A stretch of 64,000 nt of DNA, taken from the NCBI GenBank assembly GCA_051362555.1, contig CM120648.1, forward strand, positions 14,194,587 to 14,258,586. The letters are read 5' to 3'. The notes under the pieces are model-generated. The model did no database searches. It saw only the letters and a program-made list of their open reading frames with translations, and was not told the origin of the DNA. Positions 51,992 through 64,000 of this stretch are shown here, piece after piece; positions within the stretch are counted from its first letter, which is position 1, and every line of letters starts with the position of its first letter. Origin of the DNA: Lingula anatina (Eukaryota > Animalia > Brachiopoda). Both the position numbers and the translations under genes were made by a program.

Positions 51992-53146
51992 CAAGACCAG
52001 AAAAAGTCATATATATGAAAGTTAGAATTTGCTCCATTCTGAGACTATGAACATAGTGAATGATTGAAGCTGACAAACTGCAATGATATGAGTTTATTTC
52101 CATTTTTGACACTCTATTACACAATACCAGTTCACAATAACAGGTTTACCATCAATTTTATATATCAACTAACAATATTGTTAAATGCAGAAAATGTCAA
52201 AAGATCACATTTACATATCATATTGGCTCAACAATGAGACTGTTTACATGCCTAAAAATTGAATCTGAGGAAAAACCACACATACAAAAGGCATGGTAAC
52301 ATTACCAAAACTGAAACAATCAAGCTTATTTTCAAATCTGATCAGTATATTAGTCCTATGAATTAGTCCTACAAGTTTCAAAGCAAACTATGATAGTGTT
52401 CGTGTTATCCAAATAAAGGTGGATAAAAGTTGCTGAAAAAAAAAATAAATAAATAAACAAATTTTGCAAAAAAAAGTTCCAATCAATATTAAAAAATAAA
52501 ATAAAACTTTTGAAAATATGGCCAGTTCATGCTGATTTTTTAACTTCACTTGTATTTTATGAACAATCATTATTTCCATAAGTTTGAACGCAAAAGGTAA
52601 AATATGGTTTTCCACTTATCTTGTTATCACTGAAAGTGCACGGCAACAGCAACGATAGACGCAGGTGACAACTATGTGTACATAAAAATTACTTTCCACT
52701 TGAACTGCGTCAATATCTTCCTTCAATTTAATCCAATCATGAAAATCATTTATCAGTTAAAACACAGCCAATACACTTATGCTTATGGAACACATCTGTC
52801 TTGCTTCTCAGATAAGTGTCTACCAGGGTATTAATTGTCTGATTGCTACAAAGAAGACCCAACGGGTATATATAATAAGTATATATTCAAATGAAACTCA
52901 AAAGCCATGTTCTATTATTTTAATAATTAAAATAACAGGCCAGATATTGAATGTTCCTCAGTTGAAACCACATGAAGCAATTGACTTGATAAAAATAACA
53001 GCAAATGAAGTATGACAGATGGCCAGACTAGAAAAAGTGGTTAAAAGCCACTTCTTTGGAATGCATCAATGCATACTATAAATCACCCATGGAAAGTTTT
53101 AACATCTGTTTTCAATACTGTATTAATTTTCAATGCTGTATTAATT

Positions 53147-53339
53147 TTTGATAATACTGTTGCCTGATGGAACATCATACCCTACATTAACTAACTCCTC
53201 TATAAAAATTCACACCTTAATGGAGTCCAAAGTACCAATTTTTCTCTGAAAATCAGGAAAACTTGAAACCCTTATAAATGTCACACTGTCACGCCTTGAA
53301 TTCCAAGTAACAATTCTTTGAATACAATGAATGACTTGT

Positions 53340-53429
<90 letters not shown>

Positions 53430-53718
53430 GAGATTGACCCATCCCCATGGATGACAGCATAAAATTGTAACTTCAAATGAAATGCATTCTGAAATGTCCC
53501 CGTCACATCTGAACAAAAATATTTGATAATACTGTTGCCTGATGGAACATCATACCCTACATTAACTAACTCCTCTATAAAAATTCACACCTTAATGGAG
53601 TCCAAAGTACCAATTTTTCTCTGAAAATCAGGAAAACTTGAAACCTTTATAAATGTCACACTGTCACGCCTTGAATTCCAAGTAACAATTCTTTGAATAC
53701 AATGAATGACTTGTGGTG

Positions 53719-53811
<93 letters not shown>

Positions 53812-53908
53812 TAAAGAGATTGACCCATCCCCATGGATGACAGCATAAAATTGTAACTTCAAATGAAATGCATTCTGAAATGTCCCTGTCACATCTGAAC
53901 AAAAATAT
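53147..53908. repeat. Recent 375-bp tandem duplication containing poly(A)-(TA)n
   Basis: tttgataatactgttgcctgatgg at 53147 and 53522; copies differ at a few bases and in tract length. Confidence 0.92.
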
Positions 53909-55119
53909 CTGACATAATTACTGACCTTTATTATATGTATCCTGTCCTTGTAATATTGAATCATTCAATGAAACATTAAGGGGAAGTTACTACAAGCAAT
54001 GAATTTACCACGCAAAGATTTAAATCATGAAAAAAAATAACTGAATTATGTCCAATCTTATTTTGACAAGACCAAAAAACAAATGGAAATACATATACAC
54101 ATGAGGAAAAATAATTGTGATTTGTCCATTTTTCAACCACAGATTTTAAAACCAGTCCAAATCCCAATGCAATGTGGCTATGCCCTTATTCTGTGAGTCT
54201 ACCATATAAAACCACCAGGATGAATCCCAAATTATATCATAACCACTTATGATAGTTTGCTATAAAAAAAATAGTAATAATAATTAAAAATGTCCAATGT
54301 GCAATCAGCCAGATGCCTGCATTATTTTCTGCTATTGGTACCAAATAATCGATGAATTCTCACAGTGCCTTTTTCGTCAAGGGGTATGTCTCTAGTGTGA
54401 TAGCCTTCTCGTACTGGTAGCTGTCTGTGTGTTATCACACCTTATATAACCCCACCTCTGCAGCAGCAAGGATTTTTTTTAGATAGGGGTAGGGGAGAAA
54501 AAATAAACTTACTCTATACCTACATGGTAACAGGCATATCAATAAATTGTGTATGTATGTATGGTGGAAAGGGATTGGGCAAATAGTTTCAAAAATCAAG
54601 AATGCATGACAATTAGTCAGAGTGCAGATAATGGGTCAAAGGTCATAGGAGGTCGTTTTGGGGGATTTTTTATATATTAAAACCAAAAAAGTTTTTTCAA
54701 TCATTGTTTGAGTAAGAATATGGTATTTAGTGTTTGATTTGAAAATTGGTATAGTCCCATACTTATCAACGAAATTTGGAGCCTTAGCTGTCTTATTTTT
54801 TAAAAAATATGTAAAAGAATGTAAACCTTACAGTCAAAATATGCCCACTTGGAAAGTGGGAGTAGGGAAGAGAAAATGCTTACTTTATCAATATAGTTAA
54901 AGATATATAAAGATATTTTATATCCTCACGGGGGTTACCCAGCATGCATAATGACGTTGGATCAACGTTGAAAACAGTTGAATCGCCGCTGATCTACCTA
55001 AATTCAATGTCAATTTTATGTGGAGATGAAGTCGCAACTTATCCTATGAAGTCGATTTGACAGTAAAATCAGAGCATTTATCCCATGAAGTGGTAATATA
55101 CCATGAAGTATCTTGACAG

Positions 55120-55700
55120 ACGTATCTTTGCCAGTTTTTGAGATATAAAGATCAGAAAATTTGCAAAGTGCAGTTTATCATGAAAAGTAGGTCAAAGGTC
55201 AATTTCAAGGTCACAGTTTACCAGTATATGATTTCTGAAAATTTGCAAAGCTCAATTCATGATGAAAAGTAGGTCAAAGGTCAATTTAAAGGTCACAGTT
55301 AAATTGCCTCACATGACTTCCTATCAAATTCAATAGTAACTGTAGTCGTATCTTTGCCAGTTTTGAAAGTAACAGCATTAAAAAAGTTGCAAAGTTCAGT
55401 TTATGGTGAAAAGTAGGTCAAAGGTCAATTTTAAGGGCACAGTTAGATTGCCAGTATATGACTCCCTATTCAATTTCAATAGTAACTATGGGCATTTCTT
55501 TGCCAGTTTTGGAGAGATAAGGGACTTAAATGTTTTAAAGTTCAGTTCATGGTGAAAAGTAGGTCAAAGGTCAATTTCAAGGTCACAGTTAAATTGCCAG
55601 TATGTGACTTCCTATTCAACTTCAATAGTAACTAAGTAACTATGGACCTATCTCTGCCAGTTTTGGAGATACAGTATAAGGGACTAAATGTTACAATTTT
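55120..55700 (+). repeat. ~145-bp tandem repeats with AGGTCAAAGGTCA core (Helentron/pearl-like satellite, tentative)
   Basis: gaaaagtAGGTCAAAGGTCAatt..aagg.cacagtt with cores at 55189, 55271, 55415, 55561; more copies at ~58190-58440 and ~58685-58790. Confidence 0.8.
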
Positions 55701-56614
55701 GGAGTTACAATAATGTGCCATAAATTTCCTACAGAAAAAAATTAATTAATTAAAATAAAGAAAAGGTCATTTTGGTTAAAATTCTTGAAATGGGAAGTGC
55801 TCAGAAGTTCCAGATGTTCAAATTTCATGAAATAATGTTATGTTTGACCAGAAGTTGTCTGCCTGGCCAAGCCTTATGTTTTATTTTCCCATGGTTCAAA
55901 ATTTATTACACATTACCATATTGCACATTTTGCTTTCACCACTACAATGTACTTTTTGATACAGCATAACTTGTAAACCAAATGGAAAACAAAAAAAAAA
56001 AAAAAAAAAAAAAAATGGAGACCACCCCCAGTGTTGGGCTTGACATGCTCTACAAAATGCAAAAAAGAATAGGTTTCCGAATTAGAGACAGTTTTCAGTG
56101 TCGGTATCTTATGGCCGCTACTCCCGTGAAAATGCACCAATTGACCCCAAACTCACGGAGATAAAAAATGACCTGAAGGGTAACACCTTCCAATTATATT
56201 ATAGGTTAGGTCTGTGTAGTTTCTGAATATCAGTACAAATAATTTTTTTTTTCGTAAAAAAATTCGTTTTTTTTATTTGAAAAATTTGGCCCCTTCGACC
56301 TTGAAATTAAGGTCAAAGGTCAAATCCAAAGGAATATTTGAAATCTCCACACATGACTTTTGGTCAGCCGTCTGTAGAAACTTTTCCTATAATTCCTTCG
56401 GTATGGTAGATTATTAGCATTTACTTTTGCCTTTTTTGGACAAGGGTGCATTGCAATGTGCGCCACACCTAGACCCCAGCACCGACAAAGCCTAAATTTT
56501 ATGTGGAACGAGTTGAGATTATAGGTGAATTAAAGCCAAGAGATGGGTACATAGGCCCTAGTAATCTAGGTGGAGAAGCGGTAACGGTGACTTGGCGGCA
56601 GAGCATACGGGTCA

Positions 56615-56848
56615 GGACTAAGACCCCATTTCCATAGATTTTAGATCGATCTATCCCTGTGGGGAGTCTCACTAGATTACTGTCAGCTTAGCTGGCTTAA
56701 GCGTCTGTCCTGCCTACTAAAAGCTGTAAGGGGATAATTAACTATGGTGCGCGCTCGGCTGACTGCAATTTAGCGTGAACCCCCAAGGGAGTTAGGTCGA
56801 TCTAAATCTTAATCTCTGGATCGACCTAAATCTCTGAAAATGCACCCT
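56615..56848. mobile_element. Diverged relative of the 1701-1920 MITE
   Basis: gatcgatctatccctgtggggagtctcactagattactgtca...agggagttaggtcgatc. Confidence 0.6.
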
Positions 56849-57016
56849 AAAACCATGTTGAGGTGACCATGACTTTCTTATATATATATATATAAACCTG
56901 GGAAATCCTAACTTATAGGCCATACATATACACTCGACACATATTTAGCCATCAAATGTGTCCTAGTACTGCTAAATACATTCAGTCTAAAAGCATGTAA
57001 CATGCTTAGGAGCTAA

Positions 57017-57232
57017 CCCAGTGGGCAAAATATGTTGTTTTAACATTGAAACAACCTTGGACCATAATGTTGATAAGATGTTGGATAAACATTTGATTTG
57101 AAAGTTGACTCAACCTCAGATAACAACGTTGTATCAACACCAGTTGTTAGACAACATGAAAAGACATTGAAATGACCTGAGGGTAGGGTATAAAAGTATG
57201 GCCTTTAAGTTAAAATTTCCAAGGTTTAGATT

Positions 57233-57299
<67 letters not shown>

Positions 57300-58080
57300 C
57301 AAAGTCACAGTCACCTCAACCTGTCTATGTATTACAGGTTACCAAGAACTGTTAACTTTATTAATTCACTCCATCACATTTACATCAACTTATTCATCCT
57401 AGTGTTAGCTGACCTTGCAAGGAATTCAGTTTATTTGAATGTATTTCTGAATAACAAGTTAAGAAAATTTACTAGTTCACTAAAGACACAAAACAACTGT
57501 CACTTTTACTTTTAACACTTTTTTTTTTTGATTATTTTGATAAAGTTAGTAACAGTATTGATAAACAAAGTATCACGTTTTCAACAAATAATATCTTAAA
57601 ATATAATCCATGTCTGCAAGGTTGTGTCAATGCATGACCAAAATACAACGTTGAGTCAACGTCACATTATGACGGTGTTTCGACGTGGCTGGATCAACGT
57701 TGATTTTACGTTGAATTTAGGTAGATCAACGGCAATTCAACGTATCAACCTGTTTTCAACGTTGATCCAACGCAACTATGCCTGCTGGGTTAATGCGTTG
57801 AAACAATGAGACAAAGCAGGCACTTAGATGTTTTTTACAGTGTACGTTATAATTGTGTACCTGTGTTTTATATAAAATATAAAAACAGGTCATTTTAATG
57901 TCTTTTCATGCAAGAATGTTGTTAACAACTGGGGTTGATACAATGTTGTTATCTGACATTGATACAACGTTGTTATTTGACATTGATCCAACTTTCAAAT
58001 CCAACGTTAATCTAATGTCTTGTCAACGTTATAGTTCAACATTGTTTCATTGTTTGAAACAACATGATTTGGCCACTGGG
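57017..58080. mobile_element. CCCAG-type (EnSpm-like) non-autonomous element, family E2
   Basis: ~160-190 bp imperfect inverted ends cccagtgggcaaaatatgttgttt / aaacaacatgatttggccactggg with CAACGTTG repeats. Confidence 0.7.
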
Positions 58081-58445
58081 TAAATTGCCCTGCCAACTTG
58101 CAGACCTTGAAACCTAGCTAGGATAATACTGGGCTATGTCTGTCAGTTTTGAAGGGGGGGGGGGGGAGAAAATATGTAGTTCTTGGTCAAAAAGAAGGTC
58201 AAAGGACAAACTCAAGGTCACAATAAGATTGCCAATATGTGACTTCCTATTCAAATACAATAGAAACTATGGGCTAACCAATGCTAGTTTTCAAGACATA
58301 TGAGACAGAAATTTTGCAAAGTTCAATCTATGGTGAAAAGGAGGTCAAAGTTCAAAGTCAAGGCTACAGTAAGATTGCCAATACATGGCTTCCTTCCAGT
58401 TCAATATAGTAACTATGGGGTATCTCTGCCAGTTCTGGAGATATA

Positions 58446-58679
58446 GGGACCATTCCCACAGATATTTGGATTGATCTATCTCCCTGGGGAGTCTCACTAA
58501 ATTGTTATCAACTTGACCGACTTAAATGTCTGTCACGCCTAGTATTATTAGGGGGTAATTATCTTTACCCCCTAGCTGATTCAGACATTTAAGCAGGTTA
58601 AGTTGATAGCAATTTAGTAAGACTTCCCAGAGAGTTAGACTGATACAGATGGATCGATCTAGGCATGGGATCACAGTCA
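58446..58679. mobile_element. Free-standing copy of the MITE found inside the array unit
   Basis: gggaccattcccacagatatttgga...ctccctggggagtctcactaaatt...cagtca-taa, inserted in the AGGTCA repeats. Confidence 0.85.
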
Positions 58680-58912
58680 TAAGGAACAGAAAATTTAGAA
58701 AGTTCAATTTATGGTGAAAAGTAGGTCAAAGGTCAATTTAAAGGTCACAGTTGTAAGTACTGTATGGACATATCTCTTCTAAGTTTGGAGTATTTCACAT
58801 TTTATTTTCACCACTGAATATTGCAACATTGTACTTTTTGATATAGGCGCAACTCCTAAACTGTATCATAAAAAAACGCACACTACTTCCAGTATTGCAC
58901 TTGACAAGCTCT

Positions 58913-58973
<61 letters not shown>

Positions 58974-59026
58974 TCTGTAGCATTTAAGCTTCTAGAATTT
59001 CTACAGATATTTTATCACAGCCTCTA

Positions 59027-59792
59027 TGGTACAATGAAAAATTAATAATTGAAGGTAAAAGCTTCTGTTTTAAGAACTAGTGTAAGAAAGGGGTTTACTT
59101 TATTTCTGATATTGTGAACACTAGGGGGAACTTAGCACATTAGAAGAATTAAACTGAAAATATACCGCTAACTTCAGCTTTCTTCAATATCTGGGGCTGA
59201 AAAAGTCAATTCCAAGAGATTGGTGCCCAGTCATAAAAGAGTATGGGAAAAATATTGACGGGATTTTGAATGATAACATAAAAATACTCAAATCAAAAGA
59301 TAAGATAACAAAGTTTTTTTTATAACATGCTCTTGAAAAACAGCAACCCATCCTTAAATAGGGCTAACAGGTACTGGGAAACAAGAATTGGGGCCTTACT
59401 CGGAGAAGAGACGTGGGCTCTGATTTACATTGGACCTTTTGTATACACAAGATGCGAGCTTACAAACATTACAGTTCAAGATCAATCATGGTATCTATTT
59501 TACTGATTATTGGCTGGAAAAAATAAAGTTGAGTGAGTCACAGATATGCACTTTCTGTAAAATTGAGGCCAAAACATTAAAACATTTATTATGGGAATGT
59601 GTTCATGTCCAGAATATATGGACATGTCTGCTGCAGAGTATTCAACAAAATTACGAGTTACAGCTTGAGAGAATAATAGAAATGTTAGTTTTGGGTACCA
59701 TTGATAACAGGCTACCGGGTCTTCATATTGTCATATTGCTCATTAAGAAATTTATAACTTTATGCAGAGCAAAAGCTGAGATACCTTTATAA
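59027..59792 (+). pseudogene. Decayed 3' end of L1/Tx1-clade non-LTR retrotransposon ORF2 (zf-RVT region)
   Basis: WYNEKLIIEGKSF..N*.KKGVYFISDI upstream; LQFKINHGIYFTD..L.KI.L.ES.ICTFC...KTLKHLLWECVHVQNIW CCHC motif; stops and frameshifts. Confidence 0.85.
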
Positions 59793-59994
59793 TTGGAATA
59801 ATGTCTGCTCACATATCAAGTCTTATCGCAACATTGACCTGTACTCTACTTTCTTGCTGACCGACAAAAAGAAAATTCAAATTATCAATACTTTCCACCT
59901 GTGTTATGCCTGGAGCTTTCGTAGAGGGTATAACCAACATTATGCAGTTCAACATCAGACAGTATCTGAGCCCCAGCAGTTAAAAGTGATTGCC

Positions 59995-60175
59995 CAGGGG
60001 CAGATCCAGAGCTATTTTCTGACAGTCTTCCAGATTATCTTTGTTGATCAATCCTCCAATTTTGACCCTCTTCCAACAGAAAAAATTAGATACCTACCGA
60101 GGGTATCTATAGATGTAAACTTGAAAATCTGACTGTCTTCTGGAAGACCCAGAAGACATCCTAAATCCGCCCCTG
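59995..60175. mobile_element. 181-bp MITE, 5-bp TSD TTGCC
   Basis: TTGCC-caggggcagatccag...ctaaatccgcccctg-TTGCC. Confidence 0.85.
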
Positions 60176-60714
60176 TTGCCAATTCAGTTTACACATTGGA
60201 TAGTGTTCCATCTAAGCAAAATGTAGAAATTGAAAGATTCAGTGCTTTCTAAATTAGCAATGCACATTATGTTGATGTTGAATATGAATATTGAAAAAAT
60301 AATAATATCTGCAAATGTTTGACTTCATGAGAGGACTGGGCAATATTTTGATGCATTTTAAAATGCATAACTGTCGACTAACTGCATGGTACTTAAATTC
60401 TCTTGTTGTGGTATTGGCACCATGTTTAAGACAGAATGAGGCTAAAGGGCATTCTGATATCTCCTCTTCATACTGGATATATCAGACAGTTTGTTTACCT
60501 TTATCTCCTACTGAGATAAGAATGAAGCAGACTTTAATTTTTGTCATATTTTCAATGGACAGTTGCATTATGATACAAAATTTTAAAATCCTTTTAAAAA
60601 TATAATAAAAAAACAAAGTTTCTGAATGCTAGTATTAAAAACAATACCTATTCCCCTTGAATACTGAATCAAAATAAACAGTGTACATAGGCTTTTTTTT
60701 TGGGAAAAAGTAAC

Positions 60715-61885
60715 CAAATGTGACCTCTGACCTATTGTCATTGACCCACAAATAACAAAATATACTTTAAGTTGTATAAAAAAATATATATATACATTTT
60801 AGGAAATTGCTTAATTTGCAATATATAAGCTGTAGTCCATCTTCAAATAACATTCAGAATATTACTTCTCTCCAATGCTCCTTTTTATGGAAAGACCCCA
60901 CTTCTACTTTGAATTGAAGTCATATATTTGAATAAAAAAATCTGAAAATTGAATATATACAGTCTCAAACTAAATGCATTAGTCATAAATAATTATATAA
61001 TATCAAGTTATCCCTAAATATAATTTCTTTGAAACAAAAAATAATCATTTAGACCTAAAAAAAAAAACTCCTTAAAATTTGACCTTGACTAACCGTCAAA
61101 CCTATAGGGTATTTTTAATGAGATTGCTTTCTTTTCAAGTGTCTTAATCAGGATATTAGTTGTCCTATCCCACAGATGCACAACTATGTGCAATTTGTTG
61201 CTGTATCTTCTTCTATCAAATAATGAACAGTTCCCCCCTACCCCCACTTTCAAAGAGGGCATATTTTGACTGTTGGGTTCACACTTAAATAGTAAACATA
61301 ACTTTATAAAGAAAAACACTGCTGATGCTCCAATTTTGTTTATAAATGTAAGCATAAGACTACACGAACTTTACAAATCATTCACCAAATACCAATTTCT
61401 TACTTAAACAATGTCTAAAAAATTTTAATTCATGAAAAATCTACAAAGTATGACCACTTGTTACCTTTGACCATATATCAATAACCCTTGACTAATTGCC
61501 ACACATTCATGACTTATGAAATTAATTGTTCCATCGTTTGCCACTATGATGATATATAATGCATTGTTATATCTTTGAGCAAAATGATAAAGTAAGCATT
61601 TTCTCTCTCGTACCCCCACTTTCAAAGAACCCATACTCTGAATGTTATGTTCTCATTTTATTAGTTAACATGATTTTTTAAATAAAGACAGTTGAGGACA
61701 CAAATTTTGTTCTTCAGAATTAGACTATACCATGCCTACAATTAATTTACCAAAATTTAAATTCTTTCTCAAACATAAATGAAAAATCCATAAAATATTA
61801 CCTCATGTGACCTTTGACCCATTATCAGTGACCCTTGGCTTATTGTCATGCATTCTTCTCTTATGAAATTAATTGTCCCATCCCA
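60715..61885. repeat. Old degenerate tandem repeat, period ~350-370 bp
   Basis: tacccccactttcaaaga at ~61239 and 61611; cttatgaaattaattgt.ccatc at ~61513 and ~61860; acct.tgacc motifs at ~60721, ~61462, ~61809. Confidence 0.6.
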
Positions 61886-62299
61886 TGATAGAGCGGCCAG
61901 GATCCTGTTATAAATGCCTCTTATAAAAGCTAACAGTATGAAAATTTTTTGGCTTGTGTTTGATAATTTTCATTTATGAATGTTACATAATGCTTATCAG
62001 CTTATAATTACCAATAATTTTTATTATGCACTGCAGGTAACACATATATATACATATGTCAAAGGCCTGGATCAAATCTATTCCTATGCATAAAAAGCCC
62101 AGACCCCATGTTTATTACGCCCTGGCTGGGCCCATTCTTTATGGTGTCTTTGCATTGTTAACAGCATAATGGGCAAGTTAAATGACCAAGTTAATTGGAA
62201 AAGTCAAACCATTGCATGTGTCTTATTCAGTTATAGGATACAAGAGTACTCGTACTAGTAGCCTAATCTTATTTTATCATTCTGTAAACTATAATACTA

Positions 62300-63060
62300 G
62301 GAGGAAAAGCACTGCCAGTTGTACAATTCATTAATTATTGCAAGCAATTGTGCAAAGCATGGAACTGACACAAGTAGCAGATTGGAAAGGGTTAACGTCT
62401 TGACCAACACTATATATTTCAATAATTAACCACCAAAAATGAATATGAAGGTTTAAATTCCCAAGGTAGGCTGTGTTAGAAGATAACTACCTACTCTACC
62501 CTTCGTTCAGCATATTGCATGATTAGAAAAAATGAGCAGGTATTATGGTCAAAACTGTGGTCTAGAGCAACATCAATCTAAATTCATAGTCTACATGTAA
62601 ATTTTCAGACATCAATTATCATCAACAAAATAAAAGGCGACCAGGATCTCTTTTGTATTTTACCTCCGGGCTCCCTAATGTACATGTTTAATAGCCATTA
62701 AGGTCCTCTTCTAGTGGGTATATGACTCTCAAAATCTCCATGCTCAAACTTGGTTTTGGGGATTGGGGGGGGGGGGGGGGGGGGGTACATGTACAATGTA
62801 CCACATGTACTAGTATTTTGTTTGAATGTCTTGAGGAGTCACTCAATATCATAGAAATAGAGAATCTCTACTTCTAAGTCAATATTGACCAACAAAATAC
62901 ATCAGTCGCATAGCTATTTTGTAAATATATAACTAAAGAAGGTGGAAATTACTATATATACGAATTGCTATGTCTGTTGACCGAAAATCTGCTTCAAAAA
63001 CTAAAAAAAAAAAACAAACAAAAATAAGGTATACATCCCTTAAAATCGGTGCAGGCAAGA
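62300..63060 (-). mobile_element. Diverged inverted homolog of 43500-44300 (left part of the TTAA element)
   Basis: Shared collinear blocks on the opposite strand: aaagggttaac.tcttgacc, agtgggtatatgactct, ccatgctcaaa, ttgtttgaatgtctt, gaaaatctgcttc. Confidence 0.75.
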
Positions 63061-63169
63061 AAAGGGATGTAGCCTCTACAGTTAGGTTTGGCCATTCAAT
63101 ACAATCTGACCAGCACTCCCACCAGATTTAGACGATTTGAGAAAATTATCAAAAAAATGAAGACCGAAA

Positions 63170-63716
63170 ATACCCCTCCACCCTGTAACTTTCTGTAACT
63201 TTCACTTTTCAAACAGTTTTTTACATTTTCTTGTTCATCTTTGTCAAAGCTGTTGAAATAAAATGCTTTTGTAATTACCTGTGGACTTTTCATTAGTTTT
63301 AATCACGTTTAATCCAGCCCATTGAAATACAATGTTAGAATCTTCAATTTACACCCGCAGTCAATAACTTGCTGCGTTTTCGTTGGCTAACTCTAAGGTA
63401 ATTTTATGTGAACAAGTAGCTCATAATAATTTGCCAGAGGAAGTCCAAGTATACAATGTATCAATCCTATGTTCACATAAAATAAGGTACAGTTAGCCAA
63501 CGAAAACGCGGCAAGTTATTGACTGCAGGTACATTGTAAATTTTCACATTGTATTTCAATGGGGTGGATTAAACGTGATTAAAACTAATAAAAAGACCAC
63601 AGGTAATTACAAAAACATTTTATTTCAACAGCTTTGACATAGGTGAAAAGGAAAAATTAAAAAAAATGTTTGAAAAATGAAAGTTTCAGGAAGTTACAGG
63701 GTGGGGGGGGGGGTAT
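63170..63716. mobile_element. Foldback element with ~245-bp imperfect inverted arms and ~55-bp spacer
   Basis: caccctgtaactt/aagttacagggtg, gtcaaagctgttgaaataaaatg/cattttatttcaacagctttgac, gcagtcaataacttgc.gcgttttcgttggctaact/agttagccaacgaaaacgcggcaagttattgactgc. Confidence 0.85.
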
Positions 63717-64000
63717 ACTACAAAAGTACCTGCACCCACGTATCATAGATCTATTTAAAAACTGAAAAATGACGTAATTTTGCTATCCCCATGTCTTAAC
63801 AAGACTTACCTTTTCATCGGCATGGTATGGCATGATATCTCTACACATTTTCACACCTGCTGCATGGAATATATAATTTAGAAAGTATGTAGACTGGACA
63901 CCGCCTGTTTGTAACTCTTTGCAATTCAGACGTTCAAGAGTCAGCTGTTCCAACATCGATGGACACCCACTGCACATAAAATTCCTTAAACTCGAGTATT

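Larger units (their letters stand above)
1..52020 (+). repeat. ~3 kb-unit tandem array (macrosatellite), ~10 units plus a diverged terminal copy, interrupted by TE insertions
   Basis: Marker CCAAGTCTTCTTTGAGATTAAGTG recurs at 154, 3051, 6198, 9218, 12342, 15247, 20991, 36222, 39501, 40323 and (diverged) ~43408. Units are 2.9-3.3 kb once insertions are removed, with one 822-bp truncated unit. The same short ORFs recur in the ORF track. Confidence 0.97.
54938..57789. mobile_element. Pair of matching CCCAG-type (EnSpm-like) inverted ends, family E1
   Basis: cccagcatgcata...cgttggatcaacgttgaaaacag at 54938 is the reverse complement of ctgttttcaacgttgatccaacg..tatgcctgctggg ending at 57789; flanks do not give a clean TSD. 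Confidence 0.6.

Noticed and set aside
53210-53964. ORFs with IYIYIY/FFFF runs
   Set aside because: Translations of (TA)n and poly(A) tracts.
52020-64000. Host protein-coding gene
   Set aside because: No consistent exon chain or domain seen; small exons in a long intron cannot be excluded by eye.

Overview
AT-rich eukaryotic (animal, probably lophotrochozoan/mollusc-like) repetitive DNA with no recognisable host gene. Positions 1 to ~52,000 are a tandem array of a ~3 kb unit: about 10 copies plus one diverged terminal copy, running off the left edge. Read across frameshifts, each unit carries the decayed catalytic core of a Kolobok-type DDE transposase, plus a (CA)n/(CT)n block, a TTAGGG-like tract and an embedded MITE. 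The many repeated short ORFs in the track are fragments of this relic. Because sister units provide empty sites, several insertions can be delimited to the base: a 2.46 kb TIR element with a 5-bp TSD (containing a nested 461-bp 5-bp-TSD MITE), an intact Mag-like Gypsy LTR retrotransposon with apparently identical LTRs, a 4.1 kb TA-TSD element next to a 3.2 kb CCCAG-ended EnSpm-like element, a 257-bp palindromic Harbinger-type MITE, and a 7.3 kb unclassified TTAA-TSD element that hosts an intron-containing hAT transposon with a 6-bp TSD. Positions 52-64 kb are old TE debris: an L1/Tx1 3' remnant, MITEs, AGGTCAAAGGTCA-containing repeats and a foldback element. All comparisons were made by eye; family assignments rest on motif recognition and need database confirmation.
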